Shown here in pieces: positions 11,720 through 21,406 of a stretch of DNA of 64,000 nt; the first letter of the stretch is position 1, and each line of letters opens with the position of its first letter. Location: IMG/VR virus record IMGVR_UViG_3300033802_000252, positions 13,891 to 77,890 of that record; one strand, 5' to 3'. Source of the stretch: a virus. The notes beneath the pieces are model-generated. The model saw nothing but the letters and a program-made list of their open reading frames with translations. It had not been told where the DNA came from and made no database searches. The position numbers and the translations under genes were made by a program.

Positions 11720-11772
11720 TCACTCCTTTCTCTAACGATGAATAACAAAAAAAAAGGAAGTTCACCTACCTA

Positions 11773-11788
11773 TAAAAGTATAGTTTTA
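11773..11788. repeat. TAAAA-N6-TTTTA inverted site overlapping the recombinase stop codon
   Basis: TAAAA GTATAG TTTTA; same form as the junction sites in 38-59 kb. Confidence 0.5.
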
Positions 11789-12805
11789 ACTGAAGATCTG
11801 GTCGCGTTCTTCTTCAAATTCACGCAAATCATAGTGTTTAATTGTTGTTGAAACATCCTCGTGCTGTGCTATATGTTTAGACACTAATTCCAAACTAACT
11901 TTTTTTACTTCTAACAAATATGTTATACAAGATGCTTTAAACAAATGGGGATTAATTCGCCTTCCTAATATATCAGACAATACGTTTTTACAAAAATCAT
12001 CTGCCCATCCATCAGAAATTGGCTTAATTTCGCCACCATATCTTGTAGTAAAGATATATTCATGATCATACCCACGTTTTTCTACCCATAATTTCATGTA
12101 ACGCAAAGCATCCGTATTAATCATATACTTTCTTTGTTTACCATCCTCTCCCTTTCCCTTAAGCCGAATAAAATGACTGAATACATACGATTTACCATCA
12201 GGAATGGGATAAGATAAAATTTCAGTTTTAAATTGGGGAATCTCTGCTCTTCTAGCCCCCACGTTAAATGCAGTGGCAACCCAGGCTGCCCCAAGATAAT
12301 TTTCATCATCTAATAGAGTTTCCATCATTAAATCATATTCTTCTTTTGTTATCTTTACTTTATTATATACTTGGTTTTTTGGGATCGATGGTAATCCCCT
12401 AGTAAAGTTTTTAAATGACTTGTAGTTTTCATCATCATCTGCGACTATATTTTCAATATAATTATTAAAACTTGAAACGGCAGCTTTTTTTAGACTAATA
12501 CTACTAGAAGATAACCCTCGATTTTGAAGAAAGCTAATATATCTTAAAAAATCGCGCTTTGTTATTTTATTTAAGTTTTTATCATTTAAAACTTCATGAA
12601 CCCACCAAAAAAAGTGATATAACGCTGATCTATATTGAATAAGAGTCTTAGGTGAGAGACTCCCTTTACTTATATCCAAAAACTCATTAACCAATAACCG
12701 ATGTTCTTCTCTAACTTGAGCAAACATTTCCTCAGTAATGTCATCTGCTTTTTCAGCACGATCACGAAGCATGTTCATTTCAATTTTTTTAGTTATGACG
12801 ATCAC
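11786..12805 (-). CDS. Tyrosine recombinase (YomM-like)
   Basis: SAM-like N-terminus; catalytic-type motifs GARRAE, LKGKG, HLFKAS, AQHED, KHYD; syntenic with SPbeta yomM. Confidence 0.88.
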   Translation of the reverse strand: MIVITKKIEMNMLRDRAEKADDITEEMFAQVREEHRLLVNEFLDISKGSLSPKTLIQYRSALYHFFWWVHEVLNDKNLNKITKRDFLRYISFLQNRGLSSSSISLKKAAVSSFNNYIENIVADDDENYKSFKNFTRGLPSIPKNQVYNKVKITKEEYDLMMETLLDDENYLGAAWVATAFNVGARRAEIPQFKTEILSYPIPDGKSYVFSHFIRLKGKGEDGKQRKYMINTDALRYMKLWVEKRGYDHEYIFTTRYGGEIKPISDGWADDFCKNVLSDILGRRINPHLFKASCITYLLEVKKVSLELVSKHIAQHEDVSTTIKHYDLREFEEERDQIFS

Positions 12806-12826
12806 CTCATTTCTTGAGTAAATACA

Positions 12827-13330
12827 TCAATCAATCTTTTTGCCCTTGTAATATACTTCTTTACTAATGACAAAACCCCACCTATTAATTTTATTAAATT
12901 CTTCAATAGCTTTTTCTATAAAGTGAAACCCCTCATAAAATGCCAATCTATAAGGTCCAGTTTTTTTGTTCCATGTCCAACCCTCATTCAAAAGTATTGG
13001 AACAAATCCCGATTCCCCACCAAAAATTGATGGGTGCGTAGCCATATTTTTATCAAAATAAACTTCTATGTGCAATTTATCACCGTCATGCTTCACAGGT
13101 GATATTCTTATTGAATTTAAAAATTGATATGTCCTTTGATATTCTACTGGTTTATAAGAATCATAATAATCCTGTACCTTTCTTTGGAGTATTTTACTAA
13201 GTAAATCCGCAGCTTCTTTTAATGCTTTACTTATTTCGTATGAATTTTTTATTACTTGAGTTGTACCATGTGGACTACCAATATATCTTGCTAAATCATT
13301 TAAATTATTAGCCCATTTCACTCTTGTCAC
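12827..13330 (-). CDS. Phage structural/tail completion protein (YomN-like)
   Basis: Position in tail cluster; YDSYKPVEYQRT motif. Confidence 0.5.
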   Translation of the reverse strand: MTRVKWANNLNDLARYIGSPHGTTQVIKNSYEISKALKEAADLLSKILQRKVQDYYDSYKPVEYQRTYQFLNSIRISPVKHDGDKLHIEVYFDKNMATHPSIFGGESGFVPILLNEGWTWNKKTGPYRLAFYEGFHFIEKAIEEFNKINRWGFVISKEVYYKGKKID

Positions 13331-14093
13331 CGCTTTGTTGCTGTCGTTCCCTTAAAATATTTAAGCGCTCATTCAGTTTTTTCATTTCCTCTACACTAAA
13401 TTTTTGCATATAATCATCATACTTACCCTCATCTTCAAGTTGTTCCAATACCCTGATTAATTGTTCAATGTCTTCATCTTCTGTTATTTCAAAGTTTCTC
13501 GCTTCAAGTTCTGCAAAATAATTATCAATATCAATTCGTTCTTGCTCTACTTGATTTATTTCACTCATCAATCCCAGTTCTATAAACGATTTACTAATAT
13601 TATCACTAGCCTGTTGTAAAATACGATTTAGCAAACTCATGTTCGCTTCACCAAACGGGGAATTTTCACCAAAGAAATATTCGACAATGCCCAAATCAAC
13701 AAGGTTTAATGTTACTTTAACCAACTTACGTACATCATCTAACTTAGGAATAGGTAAGTTAGTAAATTCTTTCAATAACAATGTATTTAGAACATATGAT
13801 GCACCAATAATAGTTTCGTCATTTAACATATTAGAGGCTTTCATCTTTTGAAGAATTGTTATATACTCAGCGTAAACTTCACGAATTTTTGACTCTCTAA
13901 ATTTATTAGAAACAAGAATTTCAAATTGTTCTCCATCCAATTCAAAATAAACTTTCTTTTTTTCATTAAATTGTGATGCTAGTTTGTTTAAAGAAGATGT
14001 GGTTAATTTTTGAGGGGTAGTAGTGCTTCTAATGTTTTTGTTATTATCAGGGGTATACGTAGAGGAACTATTTATTTTTTTATCCGAAGTCAT
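13308..14093 (-). CDS. Hypothetical protein, possible tail assembly chaperone
   Basis: RBS GGAG; lies downstream of the major tail gene. Confidence 0.45.
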   Translation of the reverse strand: MTSDKKINSSSTYTPDNNKNIRSTTTPQKLTTSSLNKLASQFNEKKKVYFELDGEQFEILVSNKFRESKIREVYAEYITILQKMKASNMLNDETIIGASYVLNTLLLKEFTNLPIPKLDDVRKLVKVTLNLVDLGIVEYFFGENSPFGEANMSLLNRILQQASDNISKSFIELGLMSEINQVEQERIDIDNYFAELEARNFEITEDEDIEQLIRVLEQLEDEGKYDDYMQKFSVEEMKKLNERLNILRERQQQSGDKSEMG

Positions 14094-14147
14094 ATATGAT
14101 CAACTCCCTTTTTAGCCATATTAAATAATACTAAATAATAGTAAAAA

Positions 14148-14223
14148 TAGGGGTGGCGAGATTTGAACTCGCGTACTCTCGATCCCAAATCGAGTGAGAT
14201 AAACCTGACTCCTCTACACCCCT
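14148..14223 (-). tRNA. tRNA-Pro(TGG)
   Basis: Cloverleaf: acceptor AGGGGTG/CACCCCT-A, anticodon arm CTCGA-TTTGGGA-TCGAG, T-loop GTTCAAATC; no encoded CCA. Confidence 0.88.
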
Positions 14224-14263
14224 ATAATGAGCGCACGTCAAATGCGCTCAAATTTTATTAATA

Positions 14264-15019
14264 TTAACTTGAATAAGGTACTCGAACAATTTTACCAACC
14301 TTGGTTGAATTTTTAGGTTTAACAACACGAAGATTAAACACTTGGGTTTGCGCTTCTCTTGCCGAAGAAGTGTTAATAGAAAAATTACCAGTAGGAAGAG
14401 CATTGTCAAATTGATACTGAATCAAATGAGTTGGCATTTCAGTAGTCTCATCAATTTCCAACGTTTCAAGAATTACCATAACACCATCAGCAAACACTTG
14501 ATTATCAATCTCAATTGTTTGTGTCAATGGATCTGTTTGATAAGCATAAGTTCTTACTTCAAGTTGATCTCCTTCTTGGATTGTTGGATCTATAATTGTC
14601 ACTTTATTTCCAGAGACAGTGTAATCGATAGTCAATTCAAGTTTATTTCCACCTTCGTCATAAATAGCAATGCTACCATTATCAGAAGGTGTATGATCTA
14701 ATTCAATTTGTAAATCAGTAGAAACTTCTTCGACTGTATACCACTTGGGCATAGCATAAGCAATACCTGCTCCAGTTACAATGTCTTGCCCCAATTGTGT
14801 GGCAAGCCACTCATAGCGGAAATTAATATCTGTCAAATTAATAGTGATATCACGGTCACTATGCAGCACACCTAAAAGTTGATTACCCTTGCCACCACGA
14901 ACATCACTTTCTTGAACAGAAACTTCAATATTAGCATCTTGCAATGTCGTTGTTCCAATAACCTCATTAGTCTTCTTGGAAATCAAAAGTACGTCAAAAA
15001 CGTCAGCTACAACTGCCAT
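14264..15019 (-). CDS. Major tail (tube) protein (YomU-like)
   Basis: DVRGGKGNQLL motif, acidic beta-rich protein, synteny. Confidence 0.7.
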   Translation of the reverse strand: MAVVADVFDVLLISKKTNEVIGTTTLQDANIEVSVQESDVRGGKGNQLLGVLHSDRDITINLTDINFRYEWLATQLGQDIVTGAGIAYAMPKWYTVEEVSTDLQIELDHTPSDNGSIAIYDEGGNKLELTIDYTVSGNKVTIIDPTIQEGDQLEVRTYAYQTDPLTQTIEIDNQVFADGVMVILETLEIDETTEMPTHLIQYQFDNALPTGNFSINTSSAREAQTQVFNLRVVKPKNSTKVGKIVRVPYSS

Positions 15020-15064
15020 TACACAAATTCCTCCTTTTTAAATAAAAAATAGAAGTCGAAACTT

Positions 15065-15775
15065 CTATTTCAATGCTTTATCAAGTTTATTGTTTTTATT
15101 ATCCTTAAATAAATCGTCATATGGACTTTTATATAAATCTAAGTTTTCAGCAAAGTGCTCAATAGACACATCTGAACTAACAGTACTAAGAATAATTCCT
15201 TGTTCGTGTTGTTTTAGTTTAATTACTCTTTTAAAATCTGTTTCAAGTTGATAAATGGTATACTCAGCTAAGTCCCAATAATGCTTTCCTGTCGCCACAG
15301 AAACCGTCGAGATCTTATCTTCAAACTCTATTTTTATACTGTTTTTTGCCCTAGCTTGAATAACTTTATCTGCCCATTTTTGAACAACTTTGTTTTTATA
15401 TACTTTTTGTTCAAACATTAAATTTTGCTTCATGATTGTGTTTCGTAGATGATCATAATTATCTTTATTAATCAACGACTTTTCGCCTTTAAATCCAAAG
15501 TCGTAATCAGTTGTAAAAAAGGCGATATCTTTTTTTAGTACTAGACTAAATAATTTTTCAAAGTCTTGAACAATTTTTTCGTCTCTCAACCCAAAAATCA
15601 ACAGTTCGAGTAGTGAGAAATCTTTAAATTCCTCTCCAAAATGATCTTTGGAATAATACAAATGAGTGGAACACTCAACAAACTCATCATAGTTCTTTAA
15701 TTTAACTGGATATACATTTCCAATACCCTCAAGAAAATCCGGTTCCCCAAATATATATTTCGTTGTCACAGACAT
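15065..15775 (-). CDS. Phage morphogenesis protein (YomV-like)
   Basis: Synteny and size. Confidence 0.5.
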   Translation of the reverse strand: MSVTTKYIFGEPDFLEGIGNVYPVKLKNYDEFVECSTHLYYSKDHFGEEFKDFSLLELLIFGLRDEKIVQDFEKLFSLVLKKDIAFFTTDYDFGFKGEKSLINKDNYDHLRNTIMKQNLMFEQKVYKNKVVQKWADKVIQARAKNSIKIEFEDKISTVSVATGKHYWDLAEYTIYQLETDFKRVIKLKQHEQGIILSTVSSDVSIEHFAENLDLYKSPYDDLFKDNKNNKLDKALK

Positions 15776-15780
15776 CCCTA

Positions 15781-16257
15781 CTAGTTCCCATTCGATATTT
15801 CATAGCTGATTTTATATCCGGCATATTTCTCATTAACATACATATATTTTCCTTGATAAAACAGCAATTTTTTAACGCCTACAACTCGTTTGTTATTAAA
15901 AGTTTCATCAATCTCATGTAATATCGAAAGAGGTCGTATCATTCCTGTATCTTTTAACACCCATAAATCTAAATGGGATATAATATCAAATACAATCAAG
16001 CCCTCTTTCAACCCCACATTCCTGGAAAGAGTAAAATTATCAAAATAAATATTTAAATATGTTCCCATTTCAGTTGTCACTTCAGGAAATTTAGGAAGAG
16101 GAAAAACTTTTTTTAATAGTAAAGTTGAAGGGTCAATGTCAGGTTCAGAGAAGGGATTATTGGTGTTATATTCAATTAGTTTACATAATTTTTGATTTTC
16201 AAGCATTAAAGATATTATACTATTAATATTTTCATTTAAAAATTTAAATTTCGACAT
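15781..16257 (-). CDS. Tail terminator-like protein (YomW-like)
   Basis: Synteny; FDIISHLDLW...RPLSILHEIDETFN. Confidence 0.5.
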   Translation of the reverse strand: MSKFKFLNENINSIISLMLENQKLCKLIEYNTNNPFSEPDIDPSTLLLKKVFPLPKFPEVTTEMGTYLNIYFDNFTLSRNVGLKEGLIVFDIISHLDLWVLKDTGMIRPLSILHEIDETFNNKRVVGVKKLLFYQGKYMYVNEKYAGYKISYEISNGN

Positions 16258-16272
16258 TTAACCCTCCCCTTA

Positions 16273-17289
16273 CTAAAATAAGCTTTTCATTTCAATTTGC
16301 ATCCATCTTTCTATATGTGGATGATTTAGCAAATAACATCTTAGCCAAACAAAACCACTATTTGCATTATTATTTTTTATCACACATGATGTATCAGTGA
16401 ACGAAATTAAGGTAGCCAGAGTAGCATTGGACACTTTATCATCGGCATATAGTTCCCAAATAACCTTAGCGTCTGACAAAGCTTCTGTTTCATCTCTAAC
16501 TTCCACATAGTATTCTTTACTTTGGTTTCGTTTAATCTCATTTGGCTTGTCAGAAACAGATTTGATTACTAATAACCATTCATCTTTATTAAATTCACCT
16601 ACATTATTTTTGTAGGTGCTCGTATTAATATTACTTCCATAGTAATCAGCTATTCCTAAATCCAAATTATCTCTAGCAGGATCAAATTGATCATCTTTCA
16701 TATTGATGTTTACAATACCTTCATCGCTAACATAATCATGATCGATAACTTGAAATACATTGCCTCCAAATATAAAGCGGTCATTTCTTTTTATTTTCAT
16801 GGTGTGTTCGTTTTTTTGAACCACTACTTGTCTACGACCATCAGGCAACGTCATTACTCTGTCAGCATAAGTACCAAAATTCGCTTTTGCTCCATAATAA
16901 AAAACACAAGGGTACGACAGTAAATCTCCATTCTCATCAATCCATTTCAAAGTGGTATTACATTTCTCTATAAAGCCCCTTGAATAAATACTGGTTGGAT
17001 CATAACCAGTACACAACCAATACTCCTCTTCATATTTTGTTCTGAAAACGTAGTCACCTGCATGAATACTATCATTAGGATGCATCACGATAATCTTGAT
17101 ATTAGGCTGTTTTGTATCTGATATAATCTGTACCCCAGTTGGATTGATGGCATGATTAATATAAACTTCCTCATATGAAGGAGAGTCTTTAAAATAATAT
17201 CCTATTGTATGTTTCGCATGCTTTTCAATAGATCCTTTGATTCCATCATATTTGCCAACCCTTGCCTTATAATCATTTATAGATTTCAA
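16273..17289 (-). CDS. Head-closure-like protein with C-terminal Ig-like region (YomX-like)
   Basis: Synteny; CNTTLKWIDENG motif. Confidence 0.5.
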   Translation of the reverse strand: MKSINDYKARVGKYDGIKGSIEKHAKHTIGYYFKDSPSYEEVYINHAINPTGVQIISDTKQPNIKIIVMHPNDSIHAGDYVFRTKYEEEYWLCTGYDPTSIYSRGFIEKCNTTLKWIDENGDLLSYPCVFYYGAKANFGTYADRVMTLPDGRRQVVVQKNEHTMKIKRNDRFIFGGNVFQVIDHDYVSDEGIVNINMKDDQFDPARDNLDLGIADYYGSNINTSTYKNNVGEFNKDEWLLVIKSVSDKPNEIKRNQSKEYYVEVRDETEALSDAKVIWELYADDKVSNATLATLISFTDTSCVIKNNNANSGFVWLRCYLLNHPHIERWMQIEMKSLF

Positions 17290-17303
17290 CCTTCCACCTC
17301 ATT

Positions 17304-17714
17304 TCAAGTGGAAAAATAATAAAACACTAATTTTTGATTTACTTCGCTAACTAAAAGTTGCTTTAAATTAATCAATTTATCCAAAAAGTTAGCTGGACTA
17401 TAGACTCGAAAATCCTTGTTGCCTAACTCGTTTCTAATATTTTCAAGTCTTAATATGTGAGGATTCAACCAATGAATCAACATCAAATTTGCCAATATCT
17501 CTTGCTCCTGGTCATTTAGAGAGATATTAAATTGATTTAATTCATCATCTCTATTGGACAAATCTTTTGTAACATATTTAAAATCAGAGATAGCACTTTT
17601 TAAGTATTTTATAAGTTCATTTCTTAAATCGTCTGTGGTTAATTCAGCTAATTCGTAATCAGTTATTTTTGACAAGAAGCGATCAAAGATTAGATCATAC
17701 GAAGTGGTAGACAT
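17304..17714 (-). CDS. Head-tail adaptor-like protein (YomZ-like)
   Basis: Synteny; TSYDLIFDRFLSKITDY motif. Confidence 0.55.
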   Translation of the reverse strand: MSTTSYDLIFDRFLSKITDYELAELTTDDLRNELIKYLKSAISDFKYVTKDLSNRDDELNQFNISLNDQEQEILANLMLIHWLNPHILRLENIRNELGNKDFRVYSPANFLDKLINLKQLLVSEVNQKLVFYYFST

Positions 17715-17737
17715 CCTACCATCACCACTTTCAATTA

Positions 17738-18172
17738 TTATTGTTCATTATTTAACAACTGTTCAAAATTATAACCGCTCACTTCTTGTAATGCATTAAT
17801 AGCTCCTTTGGACAAATCGTCCATCTCCTTGGCAATATCTACAATCCGATCAATTACATGCTTGCCCTTTACATTTGCCAACTTGCTCTTTATAGCCGCA
17901 GAGCCTTCAGCGAGAATAGTTTTAATTTCTTCATCAGTAAGACTTGAAATATCATCTTTAAAATCAAGTCCAAGATTTTTATTCACTTTATCATCATGAA
18001 TAATCAACTTGCGCCGTTGAAAAACTGTAGACATATTGTTGATATAATAAATTTCATTTTCATCAAGCATAACAAAAGATTTTGGATGTACTACAATCTC
18101 TCGAATTCCATCCATTAATTTTAAACCTTGTCGAAATGGATATGGGTTAGAAACCTTAATTTGCTTTGCCAT
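17738..18172 (-). CDS. Hypothetical virion protein (YonA-like)
   Basis: Immediately downstream of capsid gene. Confidence 0.45.
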   Translation of the reverse strand: MAKQIKVSNPYPFRQGLKLMDGIREIVVHPKSFVMLDENEIYYINNMSTVFQRRKLIIHDDKVNKNLGLDFKDDISSLTDEEIKTILAEGSAAIKSKLANVKGKHVIDRIVDIAKEMDDLSKGAINALQEVSGYNFEQLLNNEQ

Positions 18173-18199
18173 AATATAATATTCCTCCCTTATAGATTA

Positions 18200-18234
18200 A
18201 TTGGAGAGTGTATAATATCATACACCCTCCAATA
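18200..18234 (-). terminator. Hairpin after the major capsid gene
   Basis: ttggagagtgtat...atacaccctccaa inverted repeat. Confidence 0.5.
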
Positions 18235-18261
18235 GTTTTATGTATATTTTATAACTTATAA

Positions 18262-19266
18262 TTAAAAACCAGACAGCGAATCATCTTCATAGACTGCAAG
18301 GGCATGACGTGGAGCATCAACAACGCCAGCCCCCATATGCTTATCATAACGCATTTCATAAGAACGATCATAAATATTATGTTGAGACATTGGTTGTACT
18401 TCTCCTGCAAATTGAACCTTAAGAGTTTTCCATTCGTTGTTCAAAATAGGAACAATGTAAATCAGACCCTTATCAAGAACCGTATCATACCCTGCAAAAC
18501 CAGAGTAAGGATTGTCGAGTTTTACGACAGGAGCGCCCTTGTATACACCAATAAGACCATTTCTATTTACTTCGTCTTTAATATTATCGCTAACGGAATT
18601 ATTGATGGCAGTAAGTGCAGGAAGCTTCTGTAGAGCTTCAAAGTCGCCAATAATTGCAACCCTACCACCAAAGCGTTGCATTGCAGTAAGCAATGGATCA
18701 AAGGAACCTGCAACGACACCTGTGCCGGAAGCATAGTTAGGAGTGGACATACCTTTAAAAGCCGAATACAATGTGTTTTGTACTTTTTGAGCAATCTTAG
18801 CCTCAAACTCGTTCGTAACATCACGAATAAGTTCAGCAAAATCGTAACGTCCTGCAGCAATTTCAGCCCATTCTGCTACTGGCATTGCGGAAAGCTCTTC
18901 GATTTCCAGCCCAGAATACTTGAAACCAACTTTCGATTTGTCAGGTGTGCCGTTGATTGCTTGCCAGAAAGCTTGAACACCTTCCGTTTTTGTCTTGAAT
19001 TTTGGACGCTCATCAAATCCAGTACGCTTAACATCAGCAACAAGATCAATATAATCAATCCGAGCGTCAATTGTTGTATCTACAACATATGCCACAATGT
19101 TGTTAAGTTCCCACAAGTTCATTGGGTTAGGATTTGCTGCCAATTCCCTAATCAATTTAATAGCGTCTTTATAATCCATTTTTTCCGTTTCAGTCATTTG
19201 ATGTTCATTAAAAGATGCCTTAGAAAAAATCTTGATAATAGGCGATTTCTTAGTAAGTTGAGCCAT
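18262..19266 (-). CDS. Major capsid protein (YonB-like)
   Basis: ATG behind GGAGG at 19266; 334 aa; position after scaffold/decoration genes. Confidence 0.8.
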   Translation of the reverse strand: MAQLTKKSPIIKIFSKASFNEHQMTETEKMDYKDAIKLIRELAANPNPMNLWELNNIVAYVVDTTIDARIDYIDLVADVKRTGFDERPKFKTKTEGVQAFWQAINGTPDKSKVGFKYSGLEIEELSAMPVAEWAEIAAGRYDFAELIRDVTNEFEAKIAQKVQNTLYSAFKGMSTPNYASGTGVVAGSFDPLLTAMQRFGGRVAIIGDFEALQKLPALTAINNSVSDNIKDEVNRNGLIGVYKGAPVVKLDNPYSGFAGYDTVLDKGLIYIVPILNNEWKTLKVQFAGEVQPMSQHNIYDRSYEMRYDKHMGAGVVDAPRHALAVYEDDSLSGF

Positions 19267-19300
19267 TATTAAATTCCTCCTAATATATTTTATTTTTAAA

Positions 19301-19753
19301 TTAGTCTGTAACAACAATTACTTTGAGGGCATTGTTACCATACAAAGTAACTTTATCAACAACTTTAAAAGTAATGGCAGGAGTGCGACCAGAAATATCT
19401 TCCAACTTGCCGCTTGCTCCCACAGCTAATTCGTCGCCAACATTAAAATCGGCATATGTACCTGTGAATTGATCAGTTGTATAAACGTCACCGACCTTTG
19501 GTGCTCTCAAACGAAGGAATTGTCCTTGTTTTACAACAAAATCAGCATCAGCAACAAGTTCTTGGTCAATATGTGGATTAACATTATAAACAAAAAGCAA
19601 ACCTGGCTTATCACCCGCGGTTGCATCCGCAACAGCAGCAGCAGTACCATTAGCATAGTTTGGGGTTACAAAAACACCATTCTTGATATCAGCAGCAGCC
19701 TTAAGGTTGCTGATATAAACATTATCTGTTTGTTTGTTAATAATTGCAGCCAT
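19301..19753 (-). CDS. Capsid decoration/cement-like protein (YonC-like)
   Basis: Ala/Gly-rich, between scaffold and capsid genes. Confidence 0.55.
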   Translation of the reverse strand: MAAIINKQTDNVYISNLKAAADIKNGVFVTPNYANGTAAAVADATAGDKPGLLFVYNVNPHIDQELVADADFVVKQGQFLRLRAPKVGDVYTTDQFTGTYADFNVGDELAVGASGKLEDISGRTPAITFKVVDKVTLYGNNALKVIVVTD

Positions 19754-19777
19754 TTTATAATCCTCCTATTAATTTTA

Positions 19778-21277
19778 TTATTCTTGTACTTCGTAAAGTC
19801 TTGTTTTTAGATCTTCAGGAAGCAGACTGGATTGACGAGAAGCAGTAATAATTACTTCGTCAGAATCCTTATCTTGAGTACCATCTTGTTGCTTCTTGGC
19901 TACTTCCTTTGCAACCTCATTTACAACAATTTCATTTAATCTAGCCTCATTTAACTCCTCAATAGCCTTTTTAACTTCTTCACTCTCCATCGCTTCCTTG
20001 GAAAGAAGCTTAGAATATTTTTCAGATAGCGCTGTTTGTTTTGCTTGTTTTTCAGCTAACTCAACCTTTTCCTTATACGGCTTCAATTCTTCAATTGTAG
20101 AGTTGAGTTCAGTTTCTTTGTTTTTTAATTGGACGATTTCTTCTTTTTGTGATACAACCAATTCATTCAAGTCATTAACTTGTTTTTGCAAACTTTCAAC
20201 TTGAGACTCAAGTTCTTTAATCTTTTCCTCCATTGTTTCCACTTCCTCCTTATGCTTATTATTTAAGTCTTGAATTTGATTGTTCATCTCAAGCTGCATT
20301 TTATTTTTTGCAGCAAGGAGATCATCAACCGAAAACCCTTTCGGAATAAAACCTTTATACCCCTCAATCCAATTTTCCTTTGGCTCTAGTACTACAACAT
20401 CATTTTCAATCTTATAATTAATTTTATAAAGTGTTTCATGATCATCCCAGTCTTCAACGATCACAAAATCTGTATAAAGATCAACAATGTAATAGTTGTA
20501 TTCACGATAATTATTTTTTGGATTCACTGGATTGAGTATATTATATACTTGATTACTAATATCGCTCCATTTAAGTGACGACAGTTCTAAATCACCATGA
20601 TATCGGATATTAAAACCATTGTTAAATTTCTTTTCGCTTTTATCTGACACTATTTCACCTCCCTTTAAATCCTTATCAACTGCCTCTGCAATTAATAGGT
20701 GTGCTTTTGATTTTGGCTCGGCAGGATTAGTTACAATACAACTACCAATAAGCTCATTTATTTGACCTTCATACTCATAATTTAAACTTCTAATACCAGT
20801 CTCTTCATCATAGTTATCATAGCCATAAACCAAAACTTCACAACTAAATTCAAGTTCCTCTGTTTCATATAATTCAAGAATGGCATTACATACATTAGGA
20901 TATCTTTTAAGTACCCTAGCCAATCCCATAAGAAGTAATGTACCATCTTCATCTTCCTGACTCCAAAAGTCAACAAAAGAGCCTATCGTGTCTGTTTTTA
21001 GTTGTTTAGACCTTGTATCTAATTCGTGAGTTAAATTATTGTAAAGCCCATTCTCTAGCTTCAAACGATTTACCACCAATGGAATTCCTATATATTTACT
21101 TTTATTTTCGACAACTCCATTAATGAAATCATTTGTAAATTGTAGTTTATTTAAGTTGATTTTATTAGTTAAGATACACATGGTAAGCTCCATGTAGATA
21201 TCATTTGATACATTATTTAATTCAATAATATTTGGTTTTATCTGCACTACTTCTGCTTTCTTGTTTTGATGGCTCAT
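19778..21277 (-). CDS. Prohead protease/scaffold protein (YonD-like)
   Basis: N-terminal protease-like region (FSCEV, GSCIVTNPA) plus C-terminal coiled coil. Confidence 0.7.
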   Translation of the reverse strand: MSHQNKKAEVVQIKPNIIELNNVSNDIYMELTMCILTNKINLNKLQFTNDFINGVVENKSKYIGIPLVVNRLKLENGLYNNLTHELDTRSKQLKTDTIGSFVDFWSQEDEDGTLLLMGLARVLKRYPNVCNAILELYETEELEFSCEVLVYGYDNYDEETGIRSLNYEYEGQINELIGSCIVTNPAEPKSKAHLLIAEAVDKDLKGGEIVSDKSEKKFNNGFNIRYHGDLELSSLKWSDISNQVYNILNPVNPKNNYREYNYYIVDLYTDFVIVEDWDDHETLYKINYKIENDVVVLEPKENWIEGYKGFIPKGFSVDDLLAAKNKMQLEMNNQIQDLNNKHKEEVETMEEKIKELESQVESLQKQVNDLNELVVSQKEEIVQLKNKETELNSTIEELKPYKEKVELAEKQAKQTALSEKYSKLLSKEAMESEEVKKAIEELNEARLNEIVVNEVAKEVAKKQQDGTQDKDSDEVIITASRQSSLLPEDLKTRLYEVQE

Positions 21278-21406
21278 TTTCTACATCACCCCCTTCACCT
21301 ACAAAACCTAATTCTATAAAGGGTGATATATTTTTAAAATTTAAATTAGTCCTTGATTCAACTTCAATCTTTTGAGGAATATGTCCTATTATTTTTATCA
21401 CATCCT

